Part shown: positions 1-10,857 of the stretch, one piece after another
How the letters are laid out: every line of letters begins with the position of its first letter
Position numbering within the stretch: position 1 is the first letter of the stretch
Origin: an uncultured Candidatus Saccharibacteria bacterium
GTDB taxonomy: Bacteria; Patescibacteriota; Doudnabacteria; UBA920
DNA length: 64,000 bases
NCBI GenBank assembly: GCA_964594755.1
Contig: CAZQMO010000003.1
Span: 2,516 to 66,515 of the forward strand
Reading direction: 5' to 3'
The notes under the pieces: model-generated
What the model saw: only the letters and a program-made list of their open reading frames with translations
Database searches by the model: none
What the model was told of the DNA's origin: nothing
Position numbers and translations under genes: made by a program

Positions 1-443
1 CCGCGCGCGCTTCCTGAGCTGCTCGAGCACCCTGGCCAATATCACCAACCACTTGCTCACCTGTCTGCAGACCCCGACTTGTAATCCGGTTGTCCAACTT
101 CTTTCCAACATCCTTTGAGTAACTCTTGGCTCGCTCGCGAGCCTCTTCTTTTAACCGTTCGCGGTTTTCTTCAGTATCCTGACTTAACCCAGATAAAGCT
201 TCATTTGAAAACCCAGCTTTCTGGCCCAGCGTATTTAGTTTTTTATCAATCGGTCGATTAAGCCTTCGGATAGCTTGATCTTTAGCTTTTTGCTTCATGA
301 GTTCGCTGACTTGCAAACCAGAGCGTTCTTTAAAAGGTGAGTCTGGCGGTAACTGTTCATTTGCAAAAGAATCCCTCTCGTCTGGCAAGAGAGATTCATC
401 TGAATCTGAACCCTGAAAATTTGTAGCGTCTAAGTAGCGCATG
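1..443 (-). CDS. hypothetical protein, N-terminal part (gene runs off window edge)
   Basis: ATG at 443 on minus strand (MRYLDATNFQGSDSDESLLPDE...) with the frame open to position 1. Charged, coiled-coil-like. Absent from the ORF track because it is truncated. Lies downstream of the VirB4-like gene in the same orientation. Confidence 0.4.
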
Positions 444-446
444 TTA

Positions 447-2291
447 CTAGCTAGCTAATTCTTCTTTACTCTGTTCAATTTCTAATAGCTGTTTTGGGTC
501 GGTAGTAATAATTTGGTCTTCCACATAAGAAGCGTAAATTTTGATGGCCGCGTGCTTTAGGCCAGCAAAGAAAATGCCTTCGCCTACGTCGCTTTCTAGC
601 AACAGATACTTCTCCCCTTCAGTTAAGAAAAAGGTTTCTTGAACAATCTCAATCGCTGCTGGGCTCTGCTTGAGAAGTAATTGAATCGACGAGTTAGTCA
701 CAATTGGTTTACCGTAAGGACTAGCCATAAAATCAGCCACATCTTGCGTTATAGTAGTTAAGCCAAGATAGTATTTGCGGGCGCGCTTGGCAATCCCAAA
801 TACAAACCGAGCGCTATCTTCGTGCTGCATCATAATCCAAGCTTCATCAAGCACCATAATGCGCTTTTTTAGTTCACTACGTACAACGTTCCAGATGTGT
901 CCTAAAATGATATACATAGCGATTGGCCGTAACTGGTCTTCTAAATCTCGGATAGAAAATACTAGCAGCTGGTTCTTAAGCACAACGTTGGTTTGGTTAT
1001 TTAATAGTCCGGCAAAAGTGCCCTCAGTGAATTTTCCAAGTCTTTGAGCAAGGCTTTCCCCGCCTACCATACCAGAAAGTATCTCAATTAGATCACTCAT
1101 AATCGGCATCTCTACAGTAGCAAAATCCGAATTCTCGGTAATGTCTTTTTTAGCATAGGTGGCCCACAGTGCCTTATCCAAAATTGCTTCTTCGGTTGGA
1201 TCCAGCTTCCCAAGTACCAAGCCCATTAAACCAACTAAGTTGATAATGGCGCTGCGCAAAATGTCTGCCTTGTCTTCGTCTTCTAAGCCAATCGGCAAAT
1301 CAAACGGATTGATACGGAAATCAGAATTTAAAGAAATGTTAATATACGTTCCACCTACAGCTTCGGCCAAATGCTGATACTCATTTTCTGGATCAATAAC
1401 AATAACTTCTATTCCTACCATTAACGAACGCAAAATTTCTAACTTCACCGCATAAGATTTACCAGCACCGGACTTGGCAAACACAACAAAGTTAGCATTT
1501 TCCATTTGAAAACGATCAAACAAAATTAAACTGTTGTTGTGACGATTGATGCCGTATAGAATTCCGTCATTACCGGTTAAGTCCGAAGATACAAAAGGAA
1601 AAGTGCTGGACAACGGACTGGTGTTTAGATTACTGGCCACATCTAACTCATCCACGCCAAGAGGTAAAGTTGAGTTGAATCCAGCCTCAACTGCCAACAT
1701 AGCACGTTTAGTAACAACGAGCTTCGCACCTAAAGCGCTTTCCAAAATTTTGGAGTTCTTATCTAGCTCTTCTAGGCTGTCAGAGTACAAAGTGAAATAC
1801 AAACCAAAGCGGAAGAAGTGTTCGACACCCTGTTGGAGCTGATCGCGGAGCTCTTCCACGTCATGATAAGCCGTTTCGAGCAGTGGATTGCGGGCCAAAC
1901 CTTTTTCCTGTTCTATGGTAATCTGGGAACCGATTTCACCGATTTTACTCTTTAATTTTTTTAAAACCATACCGGAGTCAATCGGATAAATAAACATGGA
2001 GACATCTAAAGCACTCTCGGAATTGATAATGAATGATAGCCAGTTCGAAGCTAAAAATCTTGGATACGCCAAGACAAAGAAGCTCCGTCCAAATTTACCA
2101 TTAAGTTCAAAATACGAATTAGTAAATTTTAACGACGCTGGTGCCAATAAATCACGCAAGGTCGTAATACCTTCGCGGTATTGCTTCTCGACTTCGGCTA
2201 ACTTAGTGTCAGCAGATACTTGACCTTTGAGCTGTTCTAACTCAGCCTTTTTTTGGTCGATTTCACTTTTGTTGATAGAAAATAAGGACAT
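447..2291 (-). CDS. virB4: type IV secretion/conjugation ATPase, VirB4/TrbE/CagE family
   Basis: 614 aa. Walker A FAKSGAGKSY, the VirB4-typical DPENEY motif, Walker B MVLDEAW. Confidence 0.8.
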   Translation of the reverse strand: MSLFSINKSEIDQKKAELEQLKGQVSADTKLAEVEKQYREGITTLRDLLAPASLKFTNSYFELNGKFGRSFFVLAYPRFLASNWLSFIINSESALDVSMFIYPIDSGMVLKKLKSKIGEIGSQITIEQEKGLARNPLLETAYHDVEELRDQLQQGVEHFFRFGLYFTLYSDSLEELDKNSKILESALGAKLVVTKRAMLAVEAGFNSTLPLGVDELDVASNLNTSPLSSTFPFVSSDLTGNDGILYGINRHNNSLILFDRFQMENANFVVFAKSGAGKSYAVKLEILRSLMVGIEVIVIDPENEYQHLAEAVGGTYINISLNSDFRINPFDLPIGLEDEDKADILRSAIINLVGLMGLVLGKLDPTEEAILDKALWATYAKKDITENSDFATVEMPIMSDLIEILSGMVGGESLAQRLGKFTEGTFAGLLNNQTNVVLKNQLLVFSIRDLEDQLRPIAMYIILGHIWNVVRSELKKRIMVLDEAWIMMQHEDSARFVFGIAKRARKYYLGLTTITQDVADFMASPYGKPIVTNSSIQLLLKQSPAAIEIVQETFFLTEGEKYLLLESDVGEGIFFAGLKHAAIKIYASYVEDQIITTDPKQLLEIEQSKEELAS

Positions 2292-2292
2292 A

Positions 2293-3036
2293 TTATTCGG
2301 AAATGTCTCGAATGGTTACTTTGGGAAGCTGGCTCGCGTCTATGGCTGGACCAGAAGCAAAATTATAAGAATTATAGACTAACTCAATCAACTGATCAGT
2401 AGTTAGTCGCACTACTCGTAAACCACTACTTGCCAAAGTGGAAGAAATAGTATTTGTACGTTCGTCTAATTGTTTTTTTGCGCTTGCTAAATTAGCTTCA
2501 CGATCAGCAATTTGCTTGACTTTACCAGTGCCAAATAATTTTCCAAATAAACTAGTGGAAGCAGGGTTGATACTAATATCATAAGGTACAATCACATAAA
2601 AATTCTTATTCATGACATTCGCTGATTCTACCAGCCTATCGATGAACTCAATGTACTCCTGGGTCTGCATGCGTAACAGCTCATTGGTTTGCTTTTCGGC
2701 CATTACTTTAAGCTTACCCATATATTCTGCGATATCCATTTTGCGAGACTGAACTACGATCTGGATATGAAACTCCAATGAATTTAAAAATCGTTGATAG
2801 CTATAAATCAAAGCATTCTGCTCTTCTTCACTCTTTAAATCAAAGTTGGTAGAAGACACAGCTAAGATCGATCGCAGGGTTCCATCATTCATCACGATTA
2901 AATCATCTCGGATTTCCGAAAGTTTCAAAAATTGCTGAGTCGGTGTTCCTAATGATTTTTTGGTATTTGTTTGAGCCATATTAGCTTTCCCGCACCTTAA
3001 CGGAACCAAGCGAACTAAGACAAGACTAGAGATCAA
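2293..3036 (-). CDS. hypothetical protein, T4SS-cluster associated
   Basis: 247-aa ORF immediately upstream of virB4 in the same operon orientation, with a 1-nt gap. No recognisable motif. Confidence 0.5.
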   Translation of the reverse strand: MISSLVLVRLVPLRCGKANMAQTNTKKSLGTPTQQFLKLSEIRDDLIVMNDGTLRSILAVSSTNFDLKSEEEQNALIYSYQRFLNSLEFHIQIVVQSRKMDIAEYMGKLKVMAEKQTNELLRMQTQEYIEFIDRLVESANVMNKNFYVIVPYDISINPASTSLFGKLFGTGKVKQIADREANLASAKKQLDERTNTISSTLASSGLRVVRLTTDQLIELVYNSYNFASGPAIDASQLPKVTIRDISE

Positions 3037-3097
3037 TCGATATTATGTAGGTTCAAAGTTCTCTTTGGTTTGGCCTTATACGAAGGGGATTAAGGAT

Positions 3098-3634
3098 TTA
3101 ACTTTTATCTCGATTACTTTTAATTATTTGGATCAATTTGTTTTGCTCTGATTGCTGCTGTTGCAAAAGGTAATTTAGTTCCTTAATCTTAATCGCAGTT
3201 TCCTTGAGATCTTTTGGGGCATGTTGTTGTTGCTCGATCGGCACAGGGATTGTATCTTCAAAAAAATCTTTACCTTCCTTATGATAAACATACACCTTAG
3301 CCCCAAATAAATATTGAATAAAGTTCCCAGCGCTTGCATAAAGGGGGCGGCCATTAAGCTTCCCAAACACTAATGCCAACGCTGGTACACCAGTCACTGC
3401 CCCCACTGCTATGGTTATTGGTAAATTTTTACTAATCGTGTAAATCACGAAAGTAAAAGCACCTGCCCCGAACACGATTGCAAACTGTTTAAAAGTTAAG
3501 CCTGCAATAATCTTATCTTCGACATCAGTAAATTGTGGGACTGGAAACTGCATATAAATAGTGTGTAAGAAGTAGAAGGTAATTTGTAATAAGTTAAATT
3601 CCGCCTGTTTGTAAGCATTACTTATTAGTTTCAA
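3098..3634 (-). CDS. small membrane protein (VirB3/PrgI-like position and topology)
   Basis: 178 aa with two predicted TM helices (FAIVFGAGAFTFVIYTI and ITIAVGAVTGVPALALVFG), then a Q-rich C-terminus. Sits just upstream of virB4, as VirB3-like proteins do. Confidence 0.45.
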   Translation of the reverse strand: MKLISNAYKQAEFNLLQITFYFLHTIYMQFPVPQFTDVEDKIIAGLTFKQFAIVFGAGAFTFVIYTISKNLPITIAVGAVTGVPALALVFGKLNGRPLYASAGNFIQYLFGAKVYVYHKEGKDFFEDTIPVPIEQQQHAPKDLKETAIKIKELNYLLQQQQSEQNKLIQIIKSNRDKS

Positions 3635-3663
3635 CCTTCTACTATCTAATCAATTATACCAAA

Positions 3664-4464
3664 TTAAACCCGATTAATTTTTAAAGCTTGCAATAAATCG
3701 GCCACAAACTCAAACTCCTCTTGGGTGAGCGGTAAATTATCACCACTTGCTCCACTTAACAACAATTTTCCGTAATTTAAATAGTCTTGATATAACGGGC
3801 TTTCTTCAAAGTGACTTAAAACATTAAAGTAACCTTCCTTTTCTGCTATAACGCTGATTAGTTTAAAAAAGTTAGCACGATTTTGATGATGCAGAGCCTC
3901 CGCAGTCAAATGCTGAATATCACCTAGCTCTAACAGATTAAATCCTTTGGCAGCAGTGTCGGCGGAGGGTATAGGGTTCGAGTTGGTCAGAGGTTTGGCA
4001 CTAGGATCTGAAACTGGTGAAAACGGTTTAGCAGCTGGTTGAGATGTTATTTGCAAAGACGGTTCTCCAGTTTTTTGCTGGGTCTGCATGGGAGTTAACT
4101 TCGAGTTGCGGGCAAAATCACGTTCTGGCCCAGGTGGCATCATTGGCTTTGCCGGCTTTGGAGCCAATCGTGGATCACTCATCCGACTAGGAAGATTACT
4201 AATGTGTCCAAGTGATGGCGTTGGAGCTTCCATGATTGGCGAAGGTTTTGGAGTTGATGGTGGTTCTGGAGTTGTTGGGAGTGGCACCCCGCCTGATGAT
4301 TGCAGAATCGCTTCTAACTCAGAAATTTGTTTATCATTCATTAAGCCAATTAATGACAGCCACTCAGCTTTTTCCTGCGCGTTCAAAATGCTGGCGCTTT
4401 GTACCAGTTGGGTAATCTTTTGCATTTTGACCGGATCTAACATATTTGGTTCTCCCCTCCCCAT
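3664..4464 (-). CDS. proline-rich hypothetical protein
   Basis: 266 aa with a central low-complexity P/S/T-rich region (PTTPEPPSTPKPSPIMEAPTPS) in the T4SS-like cluster. Confidence 0.45.
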   Translation of the reverse strand: MGRGEPNMLDPVKMQKITQLVQSASILNAQEKAEWLSLIGLMNDKQISELEAILQSSGGVPLPTTPEPPSTPKPSPIMEAPTPSLGHISNLPSRMSDPRLAPKPAKPMMPPGPERDFARNSKLTPMQTQQKTGEPSLQITSQPAAKPFSPVSDPSAKPLTNSNPIPSADTAAKGFNLLELGDIQHLTAEALHHQNRANFFKLISVIAEKEGYFNVLSHFEESPLYQDYLNYGKLLLSGASGDNLPLTQEEFEFVADLLQALKINRV

Positions 4465-4488
4465 TTGGGTGAGGAGTTGAGGGAGGAG

Positions 4489-5391
4489 TTAATTTTCTTT
4501 ATCATTAATGCCTTGCTTTTGTTTGAGCGCTTCGAGCTTGGCTTGGATAGCAGATTCATTTCGTTTGCGTTCGGCTTGAGATTTCATTTCGTCATCTAAG
4601 TTTACATTGGTTGGTTGATCAAACACTAACCCACCGCGCTTAGCAGTCCCTAAATCTAAATTCTTCTGAAGCGGAATTTTGAAAGTTGGAGATTCTACTT
4701 CAACGGTTTCTACTGGTTCTTGGTAAGATTGATCTTCACCTGCTTCCTCGATTGGGTCACCGTTAGCGTCAACCCCTAAACTTGCTTGTAGGCTCGCGAG
4801 ATCTTGCGCCTCCATATTTTCTGGTAGCAACTCCCACATTTTTACAACCTCATTGCAGTAATCCTGTAGCCGTATCAAATCTTTCAAAATAGTCTTCTGG
4901 GGTTGTGTTAAAACTTTTAAATCAGGATTGGTATTGAAATATTTCATTACAGCCAACACATCATAAGAATCTCGGCTAGTAGAATGCAGAGCATAGTGAT
5001 TCAACCAATTACTGATAGTTGGTGGAACTTTTTTATCACCTAACAACACCGGCTGTTCGCCAAGCAATTCCTGACTATTGGTCAATAACGCAGGGATTTG
5101 ACCACACAAAGCAACCGCATCTGGTACATAATCATATTGCTCAACAAAGTCCTTTAATTTATCTGCCAATGAATAATCTGGGAGTCGGTACGCCACTAAA
5201 ATTGATTGCGATAGCAAAGAATTTACAGCTTCTACAGTAAGACTATTGAGACGAATATACATGAGCTGTAATCGATTCTCATCTGATAATGAAGGGGTTT
5301 GCTTATCAGCTGCTAACAACTCAGTAGCCAGCGAATAATCCTGCGCGCGTAAAGCTTCATCAACTAATTGTGGGGTGATCATAATACTCAT
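4489..5391 (-). CDS. hypothetical cytoplasmic protein, T4SS-cluster associated
   Basis: 300-aa ORF with no TM segments, tightly packed between the VirB6-like gene and the proline-rich gene. Confidence 0.5.
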   Translation of the reverse strand: MSIMITPQLVDEALRAQDYSLATELLAADKQTPSLSDENRLQLMYIRLNSLTVEAVNSLLSQSILVAYRLPDYSLADKLKDFVEQYDYVPDAVALCGQIPALLTNSQELLGEQPVLLGDKKVPPTISNWLNHYALHSTSRDSYDVLAVMKYFNTNPDLKVLTQPQKTILKDLIRLQDYCNEVVKMWELLPENMEAQDLASLQASLGVDANGDPIEEAGEDQSYQEPVETVEVESPTFKIPLQKNLDLGTAKRGGLVFDQPTNVNLDDEMKSQAERKRNESAIQAKLEALKQKQGINDKEN

Positions 5392-5393
5392 AA

Positions 5394-8300
5394 CTAGGCG
5401 GTTCCTGCTGCCTTCTTGAGGGCATCCACTACGTTTTTATCAAAAGCTTTGCTCATTACGTTCTTACCAGCCATCTTTTGTTCATGTAAATCTAACAAAT
5501 CAGATGCTGTTTTTGAACTCATACGTTCACTAACTCGTTTGAGCTGATCAGGATTCTTTGCCATCTTATGAATTTCTTCTTCTTCTCCTCGCAAGAATTC
5601 TTTCTGACCAGTATTAGTTTCGCGAAACAATTCACCTGATTTCTTTTCCCAAACTTTTTTCTTACTAGCAGACTTTGCCAATAAGGTTTCTTGTCGTTCT
5701 TTAGTGTTCCAATTTATCACCCCTTCGGAATTAACCGTTGTAGCGTGTCCTACTGCTCTGTTTCCATTTTGCAAATTCAAGCTTGAGAGTTCAGAAGCAA
5801 CCTGATTCCTTACAACCACTGGAGAACCTTTGAATTTCTCTGCCATAAACTTCTTAAAGTCATCAAGGTTATTCTTATACCCTTCGGCTGTCAGCAGTTT
5901 GTCGAAATTACCTGACTTGGACATCTGCTTAGCAATCGCTGAGGCCAAAGCAGTGTTATTTTTGGATATAGCAGTTTTAAACGCAGCAATTTGCGCTTCT
6001 GGATCATCAATACCATCCAATTTTTTGATTTCTTCATTCTCTTTAGCCATCCTTGCTGCCCTACCTTCAACCGTCTCTGGCCATTCTCGTTGTGAAATAA
6101 CCTTAGACATACCAGCTTCCACTTTCGCTCGATCGTCTTCATCCCACTTACTAATTTGGTTCTTTGACCTCAGGGCATCATCACTCTTTAATTGACCTTC
6201 TAGTTCATCAATATCGGCTTTAACATCTTTAGCTATCAAAGTTAACACACCTTTAGCTGTTCCCGAACTACCCAAACTAAATACAGTCCCATCTTCCGCA
6301 TCAGGTGGTAATTTAGCAAGTTCATCTTCCACATGCTTTTGAACCTTTCTACGGTCAACTCGGTCAGCCTCACTTTTTTCTTGAATATCTGTAATTTTCT
6401 TCTCTAATTCCGCCGCTTTTCCGGTTTGTCCTTTAGCCAAAGCCTTAGAACGTTGTTCTTCCAATGGAGCAATTGCCTCTACTTCTTCCTTGTCAATTCG
6501 TTCCAAATCTTTATCAATATTATTTCTAAACAACTCGGCTTGTTTCTTGGTAATAAATTTGTTATCAGGAACTATTAAACCAGCATTAATATCTCTCAAA
6601 TCCTCTTGTTGATCAGCTATCTTGTCTCTTATGTCCGTTCGTTCATTATCAGTAAGCATTTCTCCAAATATCGCTTGTCTTGCCCTCATCGCTGCTGCGG
6701 TATTGCCAGTCAATTTATAACCCAGCATTTTCATAGCCATCTTTTTGTTCGCACCAACATTCCCAGCAAACTCTTCCAGGTCACCTCTACCCTTAGCAAT
6801 TGTCTCAAGTTGTTTCTTTTTTGGTTGGGTGAATAATTTATCTCGCAAAGCTTTAGCAGTTGCTGTTGGCTGAGCCACTGCAGAAATGGTGTTAGCTAGT
6901 TTTGGACGATCTTTAACGTATTTTGACTCGAGTGCCCCGGCCGCCGCAGAATCCCTAGCATAACGGCCCAAACCCTTGGCACCACGCCAAGGATATTCGA
7001 AAGCTTTCTTAAATCCAGTTTGAGCTGCGTCCACAATTTTTTGGGAACCATAACCACCAAACTTCAAAGCAAATTGCATGCCGGCAAACATAAACACTAA
7101 TACCAAAAAATGTGACAACACTGTGGTTGCAAAACTCACCACACCTTCACCCAAGTTAGACACAGGGATTAACCCGCCTAACACAAACTTGGTAGTTCCG
7201 CCTGTATCTACAGTTTGACCAGTTGCTGCTGACATGTTTACTGCCAGCAAGGCAGCTATGTTCAAGAAGAAAGCCATAATCGGCACAGCAAAAGAATACT
7301 TTATAAACTCATTCCACCACTTTCCGGTATACTCTTGTGTCTTAGGTAGAATACTTGCCACATAAGCCAATGGTGAAATCATGTATAACAACCACAGAGC
7401 CACAAGCCGGACCACTAAAAACGCAATTAATGCCACAAAAGCAAAGAAAGCAGCAACCGCCAATATCAACAAGATAATTGCTTTTGGTAAATCACTCGCC
7501 AAACCAGTCGGGGTGTAATTTTTTTGTTCATCAGTTAATTTAAAGTCGTCAGGATTAGCGCCCTCAACTCCACGGAAAGTCTGAATCGGATCAACCATGA
7601 GCTTAAAACCAAGAGTCTCAATAACTTTCGTATTTCCCGGTAAAAACTGAGATTGTAATGTATCAGCGATCCCAACCACAGCCTGACCTATCACTAAACT
7701 AAAATTCACTAATAACGCCGCAAGGATTAACCTGAGAATAAATGTTCGGCTTTTAGCTGCATCTTCTAATTGGAAAATTGTTCTCAAACCAATCCATAAC
7801 AAGGCAACTATAAACAAAATATTAGAAACGTTACGTAGGATTATCCAGCCTGGATAAATAAAATTAACAAATCCATCCTGATACGGCCGCACTTTTATCA
7901 ATGCTACGATAACTGGGACCAAAATTACCGAGAAAATATAATAAATAAAACTAGTTATCAGTAAGACAACATAAGCAATCACCTGGCGAAGGAAATCAAA
8001 CAATGAACTCGTAAGACTATTTTGATTTGCCTCAACATTTCCTTGAACGGATGGAGCAAAATCAGGAGAAACTGCACCCGGAGGACCGACCGCAGCATCA
8101 AATCTAATCTCTCTGTTTAAGGCAAAGGCATCACCAGTAGGAATATATGTAAAATTGGTCGTACTATCACCAACCGAAATTTTATTACTAAAATACAAAT
8201 ACAATGTGTTTATGGCTGTATCCGGAACTGGTACAGGTTCTCCGCCATTAGCCGCTCTTAACACTGCACTAGCACTGGTTGGTTCGAATAAACCACCAAA

Positions 8301-8750
8301 ACCTATAACTTTCCCGCTTGAATCAGTAATTTGCTTGGCTGTGTCTGAAAGTGTTGCTGATGACCAAGCTACAACAGTAGCTCGACAAAAACCAGCCAAG
8401 CCACAAACATATAAATTCAATTCAGTGCTAATCTTTAAATTATTACTAGCCACACAAGCTTCAAGCATGGCCGGGTCAGTAAAGTCGGTAATTTTAATGC
8501 CTAGTTGAAAAACTTGAGTCGGATGAATTGCTGTATTCCTTGAGGGTTCAAACGCATAATCAGCCTTAACATTACTATTTGTAATTTTTGTTAAATCACA
8601 TGTTCCCGTTGTAGATGTCGGAGTTGGACTAGGAGTCGGTGTTGGTGACTGCGCCAATGCCAATGAGGGGACAAACAAAACAGCAAGCAAAATTGCCAGC
8701 GCAATTCGCTTGCTATAAATCTTAAGGTTTTTTCCTAGAAAATAAGACAA
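5394..8750 (-). CDS. VirB6/TrbL-like polytopic membrane protein with long C-terminal charged extension
   Basis: 1118 aa. Signal peptide (ALAILLAVLFVPSLALA), a PTPTPSPTPT linker and a roughly 200-aa extracytoplasmic domain. Several TM helices follow around residues 260-560, then about 550 aa of K/E/D-rich coiled-coil-like sequence. This architecture matches extended VirB6 homologues. The VirB6 assignment is inferred from architecture and from context next to virB4. Confidence 0.5.
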   Translation of the reverse strand: MSYFLGKNLKIYSKRIALAILLAVLFVPSLALAQSPTPTPSPTPTSTTGTCDLTKITNSNVKADYAFEPSRNTAIHPTQVFQLGIKITDFTDPAMLEACVASNNLKISTELNLYVCGLAGFCRATVVAWSSATLSDTAKQITDSSGKVIGFGGLFEPTSASAVLRAANGGEPVPVPDTAINTLYLYFSNKISVGDSTTNFTYIPTGDAFALNREIRFDAAVGPPGAVSPDFAPSVQGNVEANQNSLTSSLFDFLRQVIAYVVLLITSFIYYIFSVILVPVIVALIKVRPYQDGFVNFIYPGWIILRNVSNILFIVALLWIGLRTIFQLEDAAKSRTFILRLILAALLVNFSLVIGQAVVGIADTLQSQFLPGNTKVIETLGFKLMVDPIQTFRGVEGANPDDFKLTDEQKNYTPTGLASDLPKAIILLILAVAAFFAFVALIAFLVVRLVALWLLYMISPLAYVASILPKTQEYTGKWWNEFIKYSFAVPIMAFFLNIAALLAVNMSAATGQTVDTGGTTKFVLGGLIPVSNLGEGVVSFATTVLSHFLVLVFMFAGMQFALKFGGYGSQKIVDAAQTGFKKAFEYPWRGAKGLGRYARDSAAAGALESKYVKDRPKLANTISAVAQPTATAKALRDKLFTQPKKKQLETIAKGRGDLEEFAGNVGANKKMAMKMLGYKLTGNTAAAMRARQAIFGEMLTDNERTDIRDKIADQQEDLRDINAGLIVPDNKFITKKQAELFRNNIDKDLERIDKEEVEAIAPLEEQRSKALAKGQTGKAAELEKKITDIQEKSEADRVDRRKVQKHVEDELAKLPPDAEDGTVFSLGSSGTAKGVLTLIAKDVKADIDELEGQLKSDDALRSKNQISKWDEDDRAKVEAGMSKVISQREWPETVEGRAARMAKENEEIKKLDGIDDPEAQIAAFKTAISKNNTALASAIAKQMSKSGNFDKLLTAEGYKNNLDDFKKFMAEKFKGSPVVVRNQVASELSSLNLQNGNRAVGHATTVNSEGVINWNTKERQETLLAKSASKKKVWEKKSGELFRETNTGQKEFLRGEEEEIHKMAKNPDQLKRVSERMSSKTASDLLDLHEQKMAGKNVMSKAFDKNVVDALKKAAGTA

Positions 8751-8922
8751 AAATTTATAAAAATTTGATATTTGTTTCAGCCAACATTCCTTGGCAAAAT
8801 TTCATCCACAACCGCTATAACTTGTAATAATTATACCACATAGGCCTCCCAAACTCCAAGAAGTTTTAGACTACTAAAAAACTGCCTTCAGCGTTAGCCG
8901 AAAGGCAGTTTTGGATAAGTTA

Positions 8923-10857
8923 TTATCTGATTTGTAGTGGCTGGCGAGCCTCACCGCGAGGATTAAAGTTCGTAGTCAAAACGCCGCTTACCGTGCCTTG
9001 TACAAAGTATGCACCTGTAACAGTACTCAGGATTCTCGCGCCGTCACCATCACGTACAGACAGCTCTACCTCCCAGCGCACAGTTTTATTTTGTGCAGTA
9101 AAGTTATATTTCAAAATAGTACTAGCAGACAAATTGCTTATCGACTCATTGACAATTGCTTGCCCTGAATCACGATCGCGAATGACGATACGGTTTGGAG
9201 CTTCGCGACCAGCATTAAGGTGTCCACTTAAATCAATATTGAAAGTATATTGTTGTCCCGGACGCACATCGGAAATTTTTTCATTACTGCCAGCTGGAGT
9301 CATATAGACATTGACCCATTGATCGCCAAACTCTTGGCCAGTACCGGAACCAGAGTTTCCAATAATCGCTGGTACTGAGGCGATGCCCAGACCTAAGGCT
9401 TGCAGGCCGCCTTCTTTAAGAACTTTTGACCCGCTCTTTCCGCCTGTGAGCAAATTTGTCAAAAAGTTTCCGGTCAAATCAGCAAGGAAATTTGCGTAAA
9501 ATGGTAAGTTATCTGTCTGCAAAGAACTGCCTTGATCAAAATGCTGCTTAAGATAATCCTGGATAGAACCAGATACGAACTTCGCTGGTGAATCAATGGC
9601 TTCACAAATATCAATCACTGGGCTATCTACTTCGGAAGGCAGGTTGGCTAGCTTTTGCTCTGCTGCTTCGTAAGCAGCCTGCGCTTTGGCAAATTCTGCT
9701 TCATTGGTTTGCCCCGCTGCCAACGCATCGGTCATACGAACTACAACCGCCAAAGCTGCATCACGCTCGCTCACAGCGCTGTCAATTACCGAATCAATTT
9801 GCGCTTGCTGGCTCAACGAGCCTCCACAGTTGCGTGGCGGCGCATAACCTTCGCTCTGGCTAATTTCTGCCTGAGCAGTCTTTTGAGCCTCTGCTTTAAT
9901 CTTAGAAGAGGTATCTAAAGCATTGAGATATCTAAACATCGGGCTGGCCTGCTCATTACCATAAGAGGCTAAGCAATTAAGGGAAGACGCATTCGTTGCG
10001 TCTAATTGACCAGCACTACCACACTGAGCAACCACATACTCCTTAGCTTGCTGGTTGGCAAATGCCGCAGCTACGCGGGCCTTTTGTGGTGTTTTTTCAC
10101 TCTGAATCAGCGAGCGCATCATCATTTGGGTGCGAGCATCACCTTCAAAATTCTGATTAATGTACTTCATGGCGTAAACCTGTGTTGCCAAAGCATCGCC
10201 ATAAGCCAGATAGTCGTCAATCTTGTATTCGTTCATTAACTCGTTCACGACTTTAGTAGTGAGGCTTTTGTTTAAATTCAGTACAAGCTTTACCATGAAT
10301 GCCTTCATGATATCTTTAGCACTAGCGTTTTGCTGTTCACTCAAACTCTGAATTTGCTCACGAAGAGAATTACTAATCTTGGTAAACTTATCCTGTTCGC
10401 GAGAAACCTCATTAGAAATCTCAAAAGTCGTGCCAGGAATTGCACTTAGTGCCTCTACATATGTGTCCACACAACTTTTAGCAGCTGTGGCCTTAGCCAA
10501 TTTGGCGTTAACTTTTGTGAACTCAAATGGGCTACCGCCGATCACATTCAAAGTTGCGGAAGAAGTTGCATCAAGGTAACTATCCAAGGAATCTGCTGTT
10601 TGCAATGAGGTTAATAATGCAAGACAAGGCGCGCCAATACCGGCGCGAGCTAAATTAACAGTCGTCGCTCCTATCCCAGGGACACCACTAACCACAGCCG
10701 AGCTGGTTGTAGCTGTCAAAATCCCAGTGACCAAAGCGGTAGCGGCAGGTCCAAATTCTACAACAAATTGCGCTTCTGCTTTCTTAACAGGAAAATTACT
10801 CACAACGATAGTGAGTAAAATTAGCAAGCTTGTAATTATAGTAAAAACTTTCTTCAT
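8923..10857 (-). CDS. secreted protein of unknown function (T4SS cluster)
   Basis: 644 aa with an N-terminal signal peptide (MKKVFTIITSLLILLTIVVSNFPVKKAEA). A/Q-rich helical central region and a beta-rich C-terminal domain. Followed by an intrinsic terminator at 8884..8915. Confidence 0.6.
   Translation of the reverse strand: MKKVFTIITSLLILLTIVVSNFPVKKAEAQFVVEFGPAATALVTGILTATTSSAVVSGVPGIGATTVNLARAGIGAPCLALLTSLQTADSLDSYLDATSSATLNVIGGSPFEFTKVNAKLAKATAAKSCVDTYVEALSAIPGTTFEISNEVSREQDKFTKISNSLREQIQSLSEQQNASAKDIMKAFMVKLVLNLNKSLTTKVVNELMNEYKIDDYLAYGDALATQVYAMKYINQNFEGDARTQMMMRSLIQSEKTPQKARVAAAFANQQAKEYVVAQCGSAGQLDATNASSLNCLASYGNEQASPMFRYLNALDTSSKIKAEAQKTAQAEISQSEGYAPPRNCGGSLSQQAQIDSVIDSAVSERDAALAVVVRMTDALAAGQTNEAEFAKAQAAYEAAEQKLANLPSEVDSPVIDICEAIDSPAKFVSGSIQDYLKQHFDQGSSLQTDNLPFYANFLADLTGNFLTNLLTGGKSGSKVLKEGGLQALGLGIASVPAIIGNSGSGTGQEFGDQWVNVYMTPAGSNEKISDVRPGQQYTFNIDLSGHLNAGREAPNRIVIRDRDSGQAIVNESISNLSASTILKYNFTAQNKTVRWEVELSVRDGDGARILSTVTGAYFVQGTVSGVLTTNFNPRGEARQPLQIR

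Noticed and set aside
775-1047. Short plus-strand ORFs inside virB4 (775..1047, 1159..1377, 1546..1842, 1996..2223)
   Set aside because: They are antisense to a well-supported long CDS, have low-complexity translations and lack RBS signals.
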